32,000 nucleotides of DNA from Synechocystis sp. PCC 6803 substr. PCC-P (GTDB taxonomy: Bacteria > Cyanobacteriota > Cyanobacteriia > Cyanobacteriales > Microcystaceae). Numbering within the stretch: position 1 is the stretch's first letter; every line of letters starts with the position of its first letter. Positions 18,227 through 26,701 of the stretch are shown here, piece by piece. A program made the position numbers and the translations under genes. A model generated the notes under the pieces. It was not told where the DNA came from. It did no database searches and saw only the letters and a list, made by a program, of their open reading frames with translations. The stretch spans positions 240,001 through 272,000 of the forward strand of contig NC_017039.1 in NCBI RefSeq assembly GCF_000284455.1. Direction: 5' to 3'.

Positions 18227-19363
18227 TTAATTTTTGCTCAATGCTTCCGATAAACATTCAGCGGCCTGTTCTACCAAGGGAATGGTTTGTTGATACACCA
18301 TGCGGGTAGGTCCCAAAATGCTCACACTTCCCATGGGAATCTCTTGTTGGCGATAAATGGCGGACACCAACGTGCAAGGATGCATGGATTCCAGCGGGTT
18401 TTCTGCGCCAATGCGGATGGTCACCACTGGGCGGGTTTTAGGCATAGTTTCCCCGGTTAGCAAATTCATTTCCTGACCCAAGTTAGCCAGATTATCTCCA
18501 TAGTTATCGGGGTCGAACAGCAGGGAAAATAATTTATCCTGTTCCTGTTCTAACAAAGACAACAGCATTTGTACCTGTTCCAACTGGGAAAACTCTGGTT
18601 GTTGGATTACCTTAGAAACCCCATGAACCACTAAGGGGCCCGCCATGCGCCGTTGCAGGAGGGGCTTGATTTGTTGTTGTAAGCCTTTGAGAAAATCGGC
18701 ATAGATACTAAATTTTTGGTCTAGCTCTTGCCAATTTAAATGGCTCAACTCAGAAAGGTTTTTTCCCCGCAATTGGGCATTGAGAAAGTTGGAGAAAATT
18801 GCCAATTCCTGTTCCAATTCTCCCTCTTCCTTTGCTTCCATGGCAGCGGGTAAATCTAGGGTAGCGGAATGGGTGTGATAGCTGTCGGTCACCAGAATAA
18901 TTAATATCTGATGGGACGGTAACAGCATTAACTGTAAATGCCGCAATTGCACCGTTTCCGTTTGGGGAAAAGTAATCAGGGCGATATAACCGCTCAAGCC
19001 TGCCAAAATTTGCCCCATTCTCTGGATCAGGGCTTCAAAATGCCAATTATCACCATTAATTTCGTTTTCCAGTCGTTGTTTAACCGTGCGGCTCTGGCGA
19101 TCGCTCCAGGTCAAAAGATTATCAACATAAATGCGGTAACCGGAATCGGAGGGAACCCGCCCGGCGGAGACATGGGGTTGGTAGAGTAAACCCGCTTTTT
19201 CTAGTTGGCCGAGGGCATTGCGAATGGTGGCGGAACTGACAGCAAATTGATATTCCTGGGCCAGGGTATGGGAGCCCACAGGCTCGGCGGTGGCGATGTA
19301 GTGCTGGACGGTGGCGCGGAGAATTTGCTGATGGCGATCGTTTAAGCGGAGGGGCTTCACCAT
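18227..19363 (-). CDS. hrcA: Heat-inducible transcription repressor HrcA
   Basis: MVKPLRLNDRHQQILRATVQHYIATAEPVGSHTLAQEYQFAVSSATIRNALGQLEKAGLLYQPHVSAGRVPSDSGYRIYVD; overall 378 aa. Confidence 0.95.
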   Translation of the reverse strand: MVKPLRLNDRHQQILRATVQHYIATAEPVGSHTLAQEYQFAVSSATIRNALGQLEKAGLLYQPHVSAGRVPSDSGYRIYVDNLLTWSDRQSRTVKQRLENEINGDNWHFEALIQRMGQILAGLSGYIALITFPQTETVQLRHLQLMLLPSHQILIILVTDSYHTHSATLDLPAAMEAKEEGELEQELAIFSNFLNAQLRGKNLSELSHLNWQELDQKFSIYADFLKGLQQQIKPLLQRRMAGPLVVHGVSKVIQQPEFSQLEQVQMLLSLLEQEQDKLFSLLFDPDNYGDNLANLGQEMNLLTGETMPKTRPVVTIRIGAENPLESMHPCTLVSAIYRQQEIPMGSVSILGPTRMVYQQTIPLVEQAAECLSEALSKN

Positions 19364-19559
19364 TGTTTCCTAAATTGCGGGCTAAAGACTAGATGTTAAA
19401 ACGGTTGTTGTCGGGATAGATAAATTGGGTTCAGAGTTAAAAGTCTATAAAGGATTCTTAAAAAAATTAGATTATAAAATAATTACCCAGGATTTGCTTG
19501 GGCCGTTGCTGGTGTGCCCTGGATTATATCCCATCAATTAAAAGTGAAAGTTAAGCAAG

Positions 19560-19644
19560 CGGAGAGGGTGGGATTCGAACCCACGTTGAGTTTCCCCAAA
19601 CCCGATTTCAAGTCGGGCGCATTCGACCACTCTGCCACCTCTCC
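19560..19644 (-). tRNA. tRNA-Ser (anticodon UGA)
   Basis: Reverse complement GGAGAGGTGGCAGAGTGG...CCCGACTTGAAATCGGG...GTGGGTTCGAATCCCACCCTCTCCG; 7-bp acceptor stem, anticodon loop CTTGAAA, long variable arm, G73. Confidence 0.97.
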
Positions 19645-19701
19645 AGGGGGTCAAAGATTAGTTAATCATCTTACCATGGCCGTCCTAGGGACATTGCCCG
19701 G

Positions 19702-20271
19702 TCAATTTTGTTCGGCACTGCATTGGGGTTTAAGCAGTCCTGGAATAGTGGCCAGTAATTCTCCGGCGATCGCCAGAGGATCTTGGTCTGCCTGCAGGGG
19801 AAACCGGAGATCCGCCTGGGCGTAGAGGGGTTGCCGTTGGGCCAATAAATTTCCTAACCGTTCTTCCAGATTTTCCACCTGGAGCAGGGGTCTTGCTTCA
19901 TCTCCCTGGAGCCTGGCCAAAAGTAATTCCAGGGAACCATCAAGCCAAATGACCAGGCCATGGTGTAGATAACTCCAATTTTGTCGTCGGAGCACCACTC
20001 CGCCCCCGGTGGCAATGACGCTTCTGGTTTGGGCCGCCAGATGTCCCAACACTTCCGTCTCCAAATCCCGAAAAGTATCTTCCCCATCCTCCGCAAAAAT
20101 GTCGGCGATCGCCTTGCCAGCCACCCGCTCAATCAACACATCCGCATCGAAAAAACGGTACCCCAACTGTTCTGCCAACAACGGCCCGACGGTGGATTTA
20201 CCACTGCCCATCATGCCGATCAGAAACAGGTTAACGCCTTGTAATTGTTCTTTGATTAGATCCTGGGCCAT
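19702..20271 (-). CDS. aroK: Shikimate kinase
   Basis: P-loop [63 protein letters not shown]. Confidence 0.95.
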
Positions 20272-20462
20272 GGCAAAAGTTACAGAGGTTGAAAAATAGT
20301 GAACAGTAATTGGATGTCAGTCCGAAGCCAATTTGCCCCCTAGGGTTCGGCAACGCATCGGCGTTCCCTAGCTTAAATTATCTTGATGTCCAAAGAAGGC
20401 TCGCTTTCGGGAATCACCATTACCATTGGAGGGAAAGACGTTGAACTTGTTTAATCGCCATT

Positions 20463-21638
20463 ATGGGTAAGAATCTCCTCGAACAACTGCGCCAATTTAC
20501 AGTGGTGGTGGCCGACACCGGCGACATCCAAGCCATTGAAACCTTTACCCCCAGGGATTCCACCACTAATCCTTCTTTGATTACGGCGGCGGCCCAGATG
20601 CCCCAGTACCAGGAAATTGTGGACAGCACCCTGCTCAAAGCTAAGGACGAAGCTGGGGAAAATGCATCTATTAAAGACATTGTCCGATTGGCCTTTGACC
20701 GTTTGGCGGTGGCTTTTGGCCTCAAAATTCTGCAAATTATCCCCGGCCGGGTTTCTACGGAAGTTGATGCCCGCCTTTCCTACGACACGGAAGCCACCAT
20801 TGCCAAAGCTCGCTACCTAATTGGGGAATATGCCAAAGCTGGCATTGATAAAAAACGCATTCTGATCAAAATTGCTTCCACTTGGGAGGGTATTAAGGCT
20901 GCAGAAGTATTGGAACAAGAAGGTATTCACTGTAACCTTACTCTACTATTCGGTCTCCACCAGGCGATCGCCTGTGCCGAAGCCAAAGTCACCCTAATTT
21001 CCCCCTTTGTGGGACGCATTTTGGATTGGTACAAAAAAAGTACTGGCAAGGAATATGACAGCCACGAAGACCCAGGGGTACAGTCTGTTACAACCATTTA
21101 CAACTACTACAAACGCTTTGGTTACAAAACTGAAGTGATGGGAGCCAGCTTCCGTAACATTGGCGAAATCATCGAACTGGCCGGCTGTGACCTGTTGACC
21201 ATTTCCCCCCAACTGTTGGATCAACTGCGGAACACCGAAGGGGATTTACCTCGCAAACTCGACCCCGCCACGGTGCCCCAGGACATTGAAAAAATTGTTA
21301 TGGACAAGGCCACCTTCGACAAAATGCATGCCGAAGATCCGATGGCCTCGGAAAAACTGGCCGAAGGCATTGCCGGTTTCACCAAGGCTCTGGAGGTGTT
21401 GGAACATTTATTGGAAGAAAGGTTAAAAGTTCTCGATGGCCAAGAGCACATCAAACATGGGGCAGAGGAAATTTTCCATGCCTATGATCTAGATGGGGAC
21501 GGTTTTATTACCAGGGAGGAATGGGCCGGCACCGATGTGGTTTTTGATGCCCTAGACCGGGACCATGATGGCAAAATCACCGCCGCTGAAATGTCCGCTG
21601 GGTTGGGAGCCGCTTTCCGTTTAGCCTCTGTTGGTTAG
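20463..21638 (+). CDS. tal: Transaldolase with a C-terminal EF-hand pair
   Basis: Transaldolase sequence ([61 protein letters not shown]) followed by [16 protein letters not shown] and [18 protein letters not shown]-hand loops. Confidence 0.95.
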   Translation: MGKNLLEQLRQFTVVVADTGDIQAIETFTPRDSTTNPSLITAAAQMPQYQEIVDSTLLKAKDEAGENASIKDIVRLAFDRLAVAFGLKILQIIPGRVSTEVDARLSYDTEATIAKARYLIGEYAKAGIDKKRILIKIASTWEGIKAAEVLEQEGIHCNLTLLFGLHQAIACAEAKVTLISPFVGRILDWYKKSTGKEYDSHEDPGVQSVTTIYNYYKRFGYKTEVMGASFRNIGEIIELAGCDLLTISPQLLDQLRNTEGDLPRKLDPATVPQDIEKIVMDKATFDKMHAEDPMASEKLAEGIAGFTKALEVLEHLLEERLKVLDGQEHIKHGAEEIFHAYDLDGDGFITREEWAGTDVVFDALDRDHDGKITAAEMSAGLGAAFRLASVG

Positions 21639-21862
21639 GTGTTCTCAGGGCCCAGCCCTTAAAAGTATTGGGGAAAACCATCCCCTCTTTTGCTGTCCTC
21701 AACGGGGCTTTTTGCCATGGCCGCCGTTGTAGTTTCTCCCCAGTTAATCACAGCACCATTATTTTGCTGAGTTGCCCTCAGTTTGGGGGCGAGGGAGGGC
21801 ACAGATTCCGCTAAACTGGGGGGGATTGCAATGTTTCTTTACTTAACCACTATTTAAGCAAT

Positions 21863-22060
21863 ATGACGATTGAAATAGGTCAAAAAGTTAAGGTTTACCG
21901 TCTGCGGGACCGGGTTTCCCCCGATGTGGTGGGTAAACTAGGTAAAGTCGGTGTTGTTAAGGATTTTAAAATGACCGATGGCAGTGGCATTGGAGCGGTG
22001 GTTTCCTTTGATGACCGCACCGCCACCTGGTTTTTTGAGGATGAGCTCAAAGCGATTTAA
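21863..22060 (+). CDS. Small conserved protein, DUF2862-like
   Basis: 65-aa ORF MTIEIGQKVKVYRLRDRVSPDVVGKLGKVGVVKDFKMTDGSGIGAVVSFDDRTATWFFEDELKAI; compact beta-rich SH3-like pattern; family assignment from memory. Confidence 0.75.
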   Translation: MTIEIGQKVKVYRLRDRVSPDVVGKLGKVGVVKDFKMTDGSGIGAVVSFDDRTATWFFEDELKAI

Positions 22061-22176
22061 TAACTGGTTTTGCTCTCCCCCATTGGTTTTGACTACTTTT
22101 CCCGATCGCCGTTGAAGTGTTTTTACGGTTTGATTCGGGAATCTTTATTATTTTTGCTGGATTCTAGGAAATTGCT

Positions 22177-23265
22177 GTGGCGTTAGTTCTGACTTTTTTA
22201 GGGAAAGGCGGTGTTGGCCGCACCACGGTGGCGATCGCCGCGGCTAAAAAACTGGCCCAAGCGGGTCAGAGGGTACTGGTGCTGGGGCAGGATCCTAGTT
22301 TGGCCTGGCAATGGGGCATAACTCTGTCGGAAACGGCCCAGGGGGTGGAGGCGAACGTTGATGGTTTACTACTTAGTTCCACCCATCTGCTGGAAAGAGG
22401 CTGGGAAAAGCTCAAGGAAGTGGAAGCCCAGTATCTGCGATCGCCGGCGCTGAAAAATATCTATGGGGAAGAATTAGGAGTTCTGCCGGGCATGGACGAA
22501 GTGTTGGTGCTCAATGCCCTGCGGGAATACGAACTCAGTGGTCGCTATGACGTGCTGATTTACGACGGCCCCGGTAACCTCTCCACTCTGAGAATGTTGG
22601 GCATTCCCGAAATTGCCAGTTGGTATTGGCGGCGTTTCCAGAAAGTATTGGCGGATTCGGAAGTGGTGCAGACCCTTTCCCCCTTTGTGCAACCCGTGGC
22701 CAGTGCGGTGCTGAGTGTGAACTGGAGTCCAGACCAAATGCTCAACCATCCCGATGGCCCCCAAAATTTATTGCAACAAGGTAAAGCGGCGATCGCCGAC
22801 CCCAATCGGTTTGCCGCCTATTTGGTTACTAGCACTGATTCCCTGGCGCAAAAAGCAGCCCAGAGCTATTGGGGTGGGGCCCAGCAAGTCGGAGTAACAG
22901 TAAAGGGCGTGATTCAAACTCCCTTGGGTAATGGCAGTTTAGATGCAAATTTATTTGATCCGTTGCTCATTGCGGCTCTACCAAGTTACAACCAAGGTAA
23001 CTGGCAACCCCTGATGGATGCGCTCCCTAATCCCCAGGCCATGGGGTCGGCTCCCCGACCATTGGAAATTGACGTTAACGCCCGCCAGGTGAAGGTATTT
23101 TTGCCCGGTTTTGATAAACGTCAGGTGAAATTAACCCAGTCCGGGCCGGAGTTAACCATTGAAGCGGGGGATCAGCGGCGCAACATTGACTTACCGGGGA
23201 ATCTACGGGGTAAGGGAGTGACGGGAGCCAAATTCCAAGGAGGATATTTAATTGTTAGTTTTTAG
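22177..23265 (+). CDS. ArsA/GET3-family anion-transporting ATPase-like protein with C-terminal HSP20-like domain; atypical P-loop
   Basis: FLGKGGVGRTTVAIAAAKKLAQAGQRVL near the N-terminus, DVLIYDGPGNLSTLRMLGIPE, C-terminal IDVNARQVKVFLPGFDKRQVKLTQSGPELTIEAGDQRRNIDLP...KGVTGAKFQGGYLIVSF. GTG start. Confidence 0.85.
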   Translation: MALVLTFLGKGGVGRTTVAIAAAKKLAQAGQRVLVLGQDPSLAWQWGITLSETAQGVEANVDGLLLSSTHLLERGWEKLKEVEAQYLRSPALKNIYGEELGVLPGMDEVLVLNALREYELSGRYDVLIYDGPGNLSTLRMLGIPEIASWYWRRFQKVLADSEVVQTLSPFVQPVASAVLSVNWSPDQMLNHPDGPQNLLQQGKAAIADPNRFAAYLVTSTDSLAQKAAQSYWGGAQQVGVTVKGVIQTPLGNGSLDANLFDPLLIAALPSYNQGNWQPLMDALPNPQAMGSAPRPLEIDVNARQVKVFLPGFDKRQVKLTQSGPELTIEAGDQRRNIDLPGNLRGKGVTGAKFQGGYLIVSF

Positions 23266-23965
23266 TGTTAACTTGACCCAATCCCTGCGTCGGCGTGGTT
23301 TTTGGTTCACCCTGGCCCTGGTGGGGTTGGCGATCGCCGTGGGTAGCTTTCTCATCAGTCCTTTTTCCAAGGTTATTCCCGACCCAGTGGTGGACATTAA
23401 CCCGGTCTCTACAACGGCAAGGGGCACCGAAAAAGCCGTTTTTGCCGGGGGCTGTTTTTGGGGACTGGAGGCCATGTTTGAGGAAGTGCGGGGTGTTAAG
23501 GATGTGCAAACCGGCTACAGCGGCGGCACTGAAGCCACGGCCAACTATGCCAGGGTGAGTGGTGGCGGCACGGACCATGCGGAATCCATTGAAATTGTTT
23601 ATGACCCCGCCCAGGTAAGTTACGGCGAACTGCTGAAAATTTTCTTTTCCGTCGGCCATGACCCCACCCAAGTTAACCGCCAGGGCGTAGACCAGGGTCG
23701 TCAATATCGTTCGGCCATTTTTGCCACCACTCCTGAGCAAAAGCAGGTGGCCCAAGCTTACATTGACCAACTAGAGGAAAGTCAGGCCTTTGACCAGGCG
23801 ATCGCCACGGAGGTGAATGACTTTGATGCCTTTTATCCAGCGGAGGATTATCACCAGGATTTTGTCCAACGGAATCCGGCCCATCCCTATGTGTTGGTCC
23901 ATGATTTGCCCAAACTCCGAAAATTTCGTCAGCAGTATAGCGATAAATTAAAAGCCCAAAGTTAG
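23252..23965 (+). CDS. msrA: Peptide-methionine (S)-S-oxide reductase MsrA with N-terminal TM anchor
   Basis: Active-site KAVFAGGCFWGLEAMFEEVRGVKDVQTGYSGG; EIVYDPAQVSYGELLKIFF; N-terminal GFWFTLALVGLAIAVGSFLI hydrophobic segment. The TTG start at 23252 overlaps the upstream gene by 14 nt; the exact start is uncertain. Confidence 0.93.
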   Translation: MLVFSVNLTQSLRRRGFWFTLALVGLAIAVGSFLISPFSKVIPDPVVDINPVSTTARGTEKAVFAGGCFWGLEAMFEEVRGVKDVQTGYSGGTEATANYARVSGGGTDHAESIEIVYDPAQVSYGELLKIFFSVGHDPTQVNRQGVDQGRQYRSAIFATTPEQKQVAQAYIDQLEESQAFDQAIATEVNDFDAFYPAEDYHQDFVQRNPAHPYVLVHDLPKLRKFRQQYSDKLKAQS

Positions 23966-24189
23966 GGGTTAGTAAACCTTGTTTAAATCAAGACTTACTT
24001 TTGTCTAGTTATAAGCAGTCTAGGACGATCACCATGGTCGTCCAGCAAGGGCTTAACAAGGCCCTAAATGACTGTCAATCCACTCTCAGCCCCTCCTTTA
24101 ATAGGCAAGAAAATTGGCAAAAGCGACCTTCAGAAGGACAAAAATAGTGGGCTTTGGCTAACTACCAGAGAAATTACTGAACAAAATCA

Positions 24190-24477
24190 ATGACCGATAT
24201 TCAAAAACAGTTACAAGAAGAACTAGCCCCCATGGATTGGGGCACCATTATTCCCCACGCCAAACGGGATGCGGTGATTGTGGTGGATAGTAGTTTAGAT
24301 TTGCTCTCCGTTGGTCTGGCGATCGCCAAGGATGAAGTTAACCAAGTCAACCATTGGATTAGCGAATTATTGATCCATAAGCCCACGGAGAAGGAATTGA
24401 CCGATTGGAACGATGATCCAGAACGGGAATTTCAAACCCTGATTGTGCAACCCTATGTGTTAGTACAACCCGGTTGA
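24190..24477 (+). CDS. Small conserved protein, DUF2288-like
   Basis: 95-aa ORF MTDIQKQLQEELAPMDWGTIIPHAKRDAVIVVDSSLDLLSVGLAIAKDEVNQVNHWISELLIHKPT; family assigned from memory. Confidence 0.75.
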   Translation: MTDIQKQLQEELAPMDWGTIIPHAKRDAVIVVDSSLDLLSVGLAIAKDEVNQVNHWISELLIHKPTEKELTDWNDDPEREFQTLIVQPYVLVQPG

Positions 24478-24515
24478 ATTGAGGGTCTTTAACTACAGGT
24501 CTTAAAAAGTACAGC

Positions 24516-25316
24516 CTAAGCATCAATGGCCCGGATTTGGGTCAGGATAGCTTCCGCTTTTTGGGCCATGTCCTTTTTCTCTTGGGCGTTGAATAATTCG
24601 GCGGCCTTGGTTAAATCGGCGATCGCCTTGGGTTCATCTCCCAGACGATATTGGGTTAACCCTCGATTGAAATAGGCTTCAGCGGAGTCGGGATCCAACT
24701 GAATGCTTTGGTTATAATCCGCTAAGGCTTGTTGGTCTTGCTTGAGACGATTATGGGTCAACGCCCGGTTGTAATAGGCATTGGCATGTTGGGCATTAAT
24801 GCGAATGGCATCGTTATAGTCGGCGATCGCCGTAGTTTCATTGCCTAATTGGGACTGGGAGTTACCCCGATAAACATAAAAGTCCGCATAGTTGGGATTA
24901 ATTTCGATGGCATTGCTGCAATCTTGAATGGCTTTGTCGTACTGACTCAGTAAAAAATAAGCATAACAACGGTTACCCAGGGCATAGGCAAATTCAGGAT
25001 TTAAACTAATGGCCTGGTTGTAGTCCGTAATGGCCGCCTGGTATTGCCCCAAAACGTGCTTGGCATAGCCCCGGTTGTAATAGGCATCGGCGTCCTGGTC
25101 ATTGAGTTTGATGGATTCGGTAAAATCGGCGATCGCCCCGGAGAAATTTTGCGCCGCTAGTTTGTCCACCCCATCGTTGTACCATTGCACCGCTGACTTA
25201 GTTTGGGCCAACACGGGCAAGCTCAAGCCCCAGGCAAAGGTTAAAGCCATGACGGTGAAGCGTTGGGGCCAGGGAAAAGGATGGGGGGATGCCATAGAAT
25301 TTTTCAAAATTAACAT
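24516..25316 (-). CDS. TPR-repeat protein with N-terminal signal/anchor
   Basis: At least six tandem 34-aa TPR units (AQNFSGAIADFTESIKLNDQDADAYYNRGYAKHVLGQYQAAITDYNQAISLNPEFAYA...). Hydrophobic N-terminus VMALTFAWGLSLPVLAQ. Confidence 0.92.
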   Translation of the reverse strand: MLILKNSMASPHPFPWPQRFTVMALTFAWGLSLPVLAQTKSAVQWYNDGVDKLAAQNFSGAIADFTESIKLNDQDADAYYNRGYAKHVLGQYQAAITDYNQAISLNPEFAYALGNRCYAYFLLSQYDKAIQDCSNAIEINPNYADFYVYRGNSQSQLGNETTAIADYNDAIRINAQHANAYYNRALTHNRLKQDQQALADYNQSIQLDPDSAEAYFNRGLTQYRLGDEPKAIADLTKAAELFNAQEKKDMAQKAEAILTQIRAIDA

Positions 25317-25413
25317 CAGGTCAATGGGCGGAGGTGGGTAGTTGGCCTAGATTAGGGCAATCTACTTGCCATGGGCAATGGAATTCGTTTGGAATGAATG
25401 AAATTAAACTCCC

Positions 25414-25938
25414 TTAGTTGATGAACCATGGTAACAAGCTGGGAATTACCAATGGATCCCCCCTCAGCCAGGCAATTAACAGGGCCAAGGCCAAACAGCC
25501 CCCCAGGGTTAAACCCAACAGAGCCAGCGCAAAAAACTCCCCCGCCGACAAAGGGCGATCACTAGCATCCAAATAGGCGGAATTTCTTCCCAAGCTTGTT
25601 GATGCGGCCGAATTTTGCCCTTGGAGGGGATCCGGCGGTACCTGAATCACATTCCAACGGGAATAGCCAATTTGCAAGTCGTACACAGAACGGCGATCAG
25701 GATTGCTCAATACAGCATAAGCCTCATTCAAGCGCTGAAATTTGACCGTGGCAATGTCTGGGGTTAATAGGGTAGTGTCTGGATGGTAGCGCTTGCTTAA
25801 TTCCCGGTAGGCTCGACGGATGGCCACCGGGGAAGCGGCGGGGTGTAGTTCCAAAACACCGTAATAACTGTCGGCAAAAGGAGAAGGGGCCACTCCCGGT
25901 CGGGGTCGAGATTGGGTGGAATGGGGATTAGAAGACAC
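25414..25938 (-). CDS. J-domain (DnaJ-like) protein with C-terminal transmembrane segment
   Basis: YYGVLELHPAASPVAIRRAYRELSKRYHPDTT...LNEAYAVLSNPDRRSVYD with intact HPD; C-terminal hydrophobic FFALALLGLTLGGCLALALLIAWL. Confidence 0.9.
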   Translation of the reverse strand: MSSNPHSTQSRPRPGVAPSPFADSYYGVLELHPAASPVAIRRAYRELSKRYHPDTTLLTPDIATVKFQRLNEAYAVLSNPDRRSVYDLQIGYSRWNVIQVPPDPLQGQNSAASTSLGRNSAYLDASDRPLSAGEFFALALLGLTLGGCLALALLIAWLRGDPLVIPSLLPWFIN

Positions 25939-25994
25939 GGGAAAGTTTACATTGGGAAAGACTTTGCCCTATTTTAGACTGAGTTTTTTCCACG

Positions 25995-26600
25995 ATGATT
26001 ATGTCTGTGTGTTTGCCATGGCTGGCCCGTTGTCGCCGCTTTCTCATAGTTTCCCTTGCTTTTGCTATGTTACTGCTGGGAATCTGGGGCACTCTGCCCT
26101 TTTCCCTGTCCGATCACGGTACGGCGATCGCCGCTTTGGAAGATGACCGTTACGATGGCAATATTTTTGTTGTATATGCCGGCAATGGTTCCCTGGTGCC
26201 GCCCCGCTTAAACCTAAGAGAATCCTTTGAACGCAAATTGCCGGTTATTTTGGTTTATTACCTCGATGACAGTAAAGATTGCAAACAGTATGCTTTCATC
26301 GTTTCCCGTATGCAGGAATTTTACGGTCGGGTTGCTAGCATTATTCCCGTTTCCGTTGACAGCATTCCCGACCAAAAGCGTTTCCGTCGCGATGAGCCTG
26401 GCTATTACTACAGCGGTGGGGTACCCCAGACGGTAATTCTAGACAAAAGCGGCAAAAAAATCTTCGACGCCCAGGGAGCACTTAAGTTTGAAGTAGTGGA
26501 TGATGTTCTCCGGGATTTATTTGATTTATTGCCCCGTTCCGAGTCCATGGAACTGAAACAGCGTACCTATAACGAATTCAATAGTGAATTAGTCGATTAA
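25995..26600 (+). CDS. Membrane-anchored thioredoxin-fold-like protein
   Basis: N-terminal TM; LPVILVYYLDDSKDCKQYAFIVSRMQEFYGRVASIIPVSVDSIPD...YYYSGGVPQTVILDKSGKKIFDAQG resembles a thioredoxin fold with the conserved cis-Pro region (GVPQTV). Confidence 0.75.
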   Translation: MIMSVCLPWLARCRRFLIVSLAFAMLLLGIWGTLPFSLSDHGTAIAALEDDRYDGNIFVVYAGNGSLVPPRLNLRESFERKLPVILVYYLDDSKDCKQYAFIVSRMQEFYGRVASIIPVSVDSIPDQKRFRRDEPGYYYSGGVPQTVILDKSGKKIFDAQGALKFEVVDDVLRDLFDLLPRSESMELKQRTYNEFNSELVD

Positions 26601-26617
26601 CTCATTCTTTCCGACAA

Positions 26618-26665
26618 CAAAAAAACGGATAAGCCCAGTAAAGTTAGTTGGGTTTATCCGCTTTA
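26618..26665. terminator. Rho-independent terminator between convergent genes, oriented best for the minus-strand gene at 26702-28471
   Basis: Stem CGGATAAGCCCA (26626-26637) / TGGGTTTATCCG (26649-26660) with 11-nt loop and one G-T pair; preceded on + by AAAAAAA, which reads as a T-tract on -. Confidence 0.8.
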
Positions 26666-26701
26666 AGGTCAATTTGTTACCGGAAATTTAGGGGAAAAAG
26701 T

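Noticed and set aside
19514-19825. 103-aa plus ORF containing AERVGFEPTLSFPKPDFKSGAFDHSATSP
   Set aside because: This peptide is the familiar spurious translation across the reverse strand of the tRNA-Ser gene.
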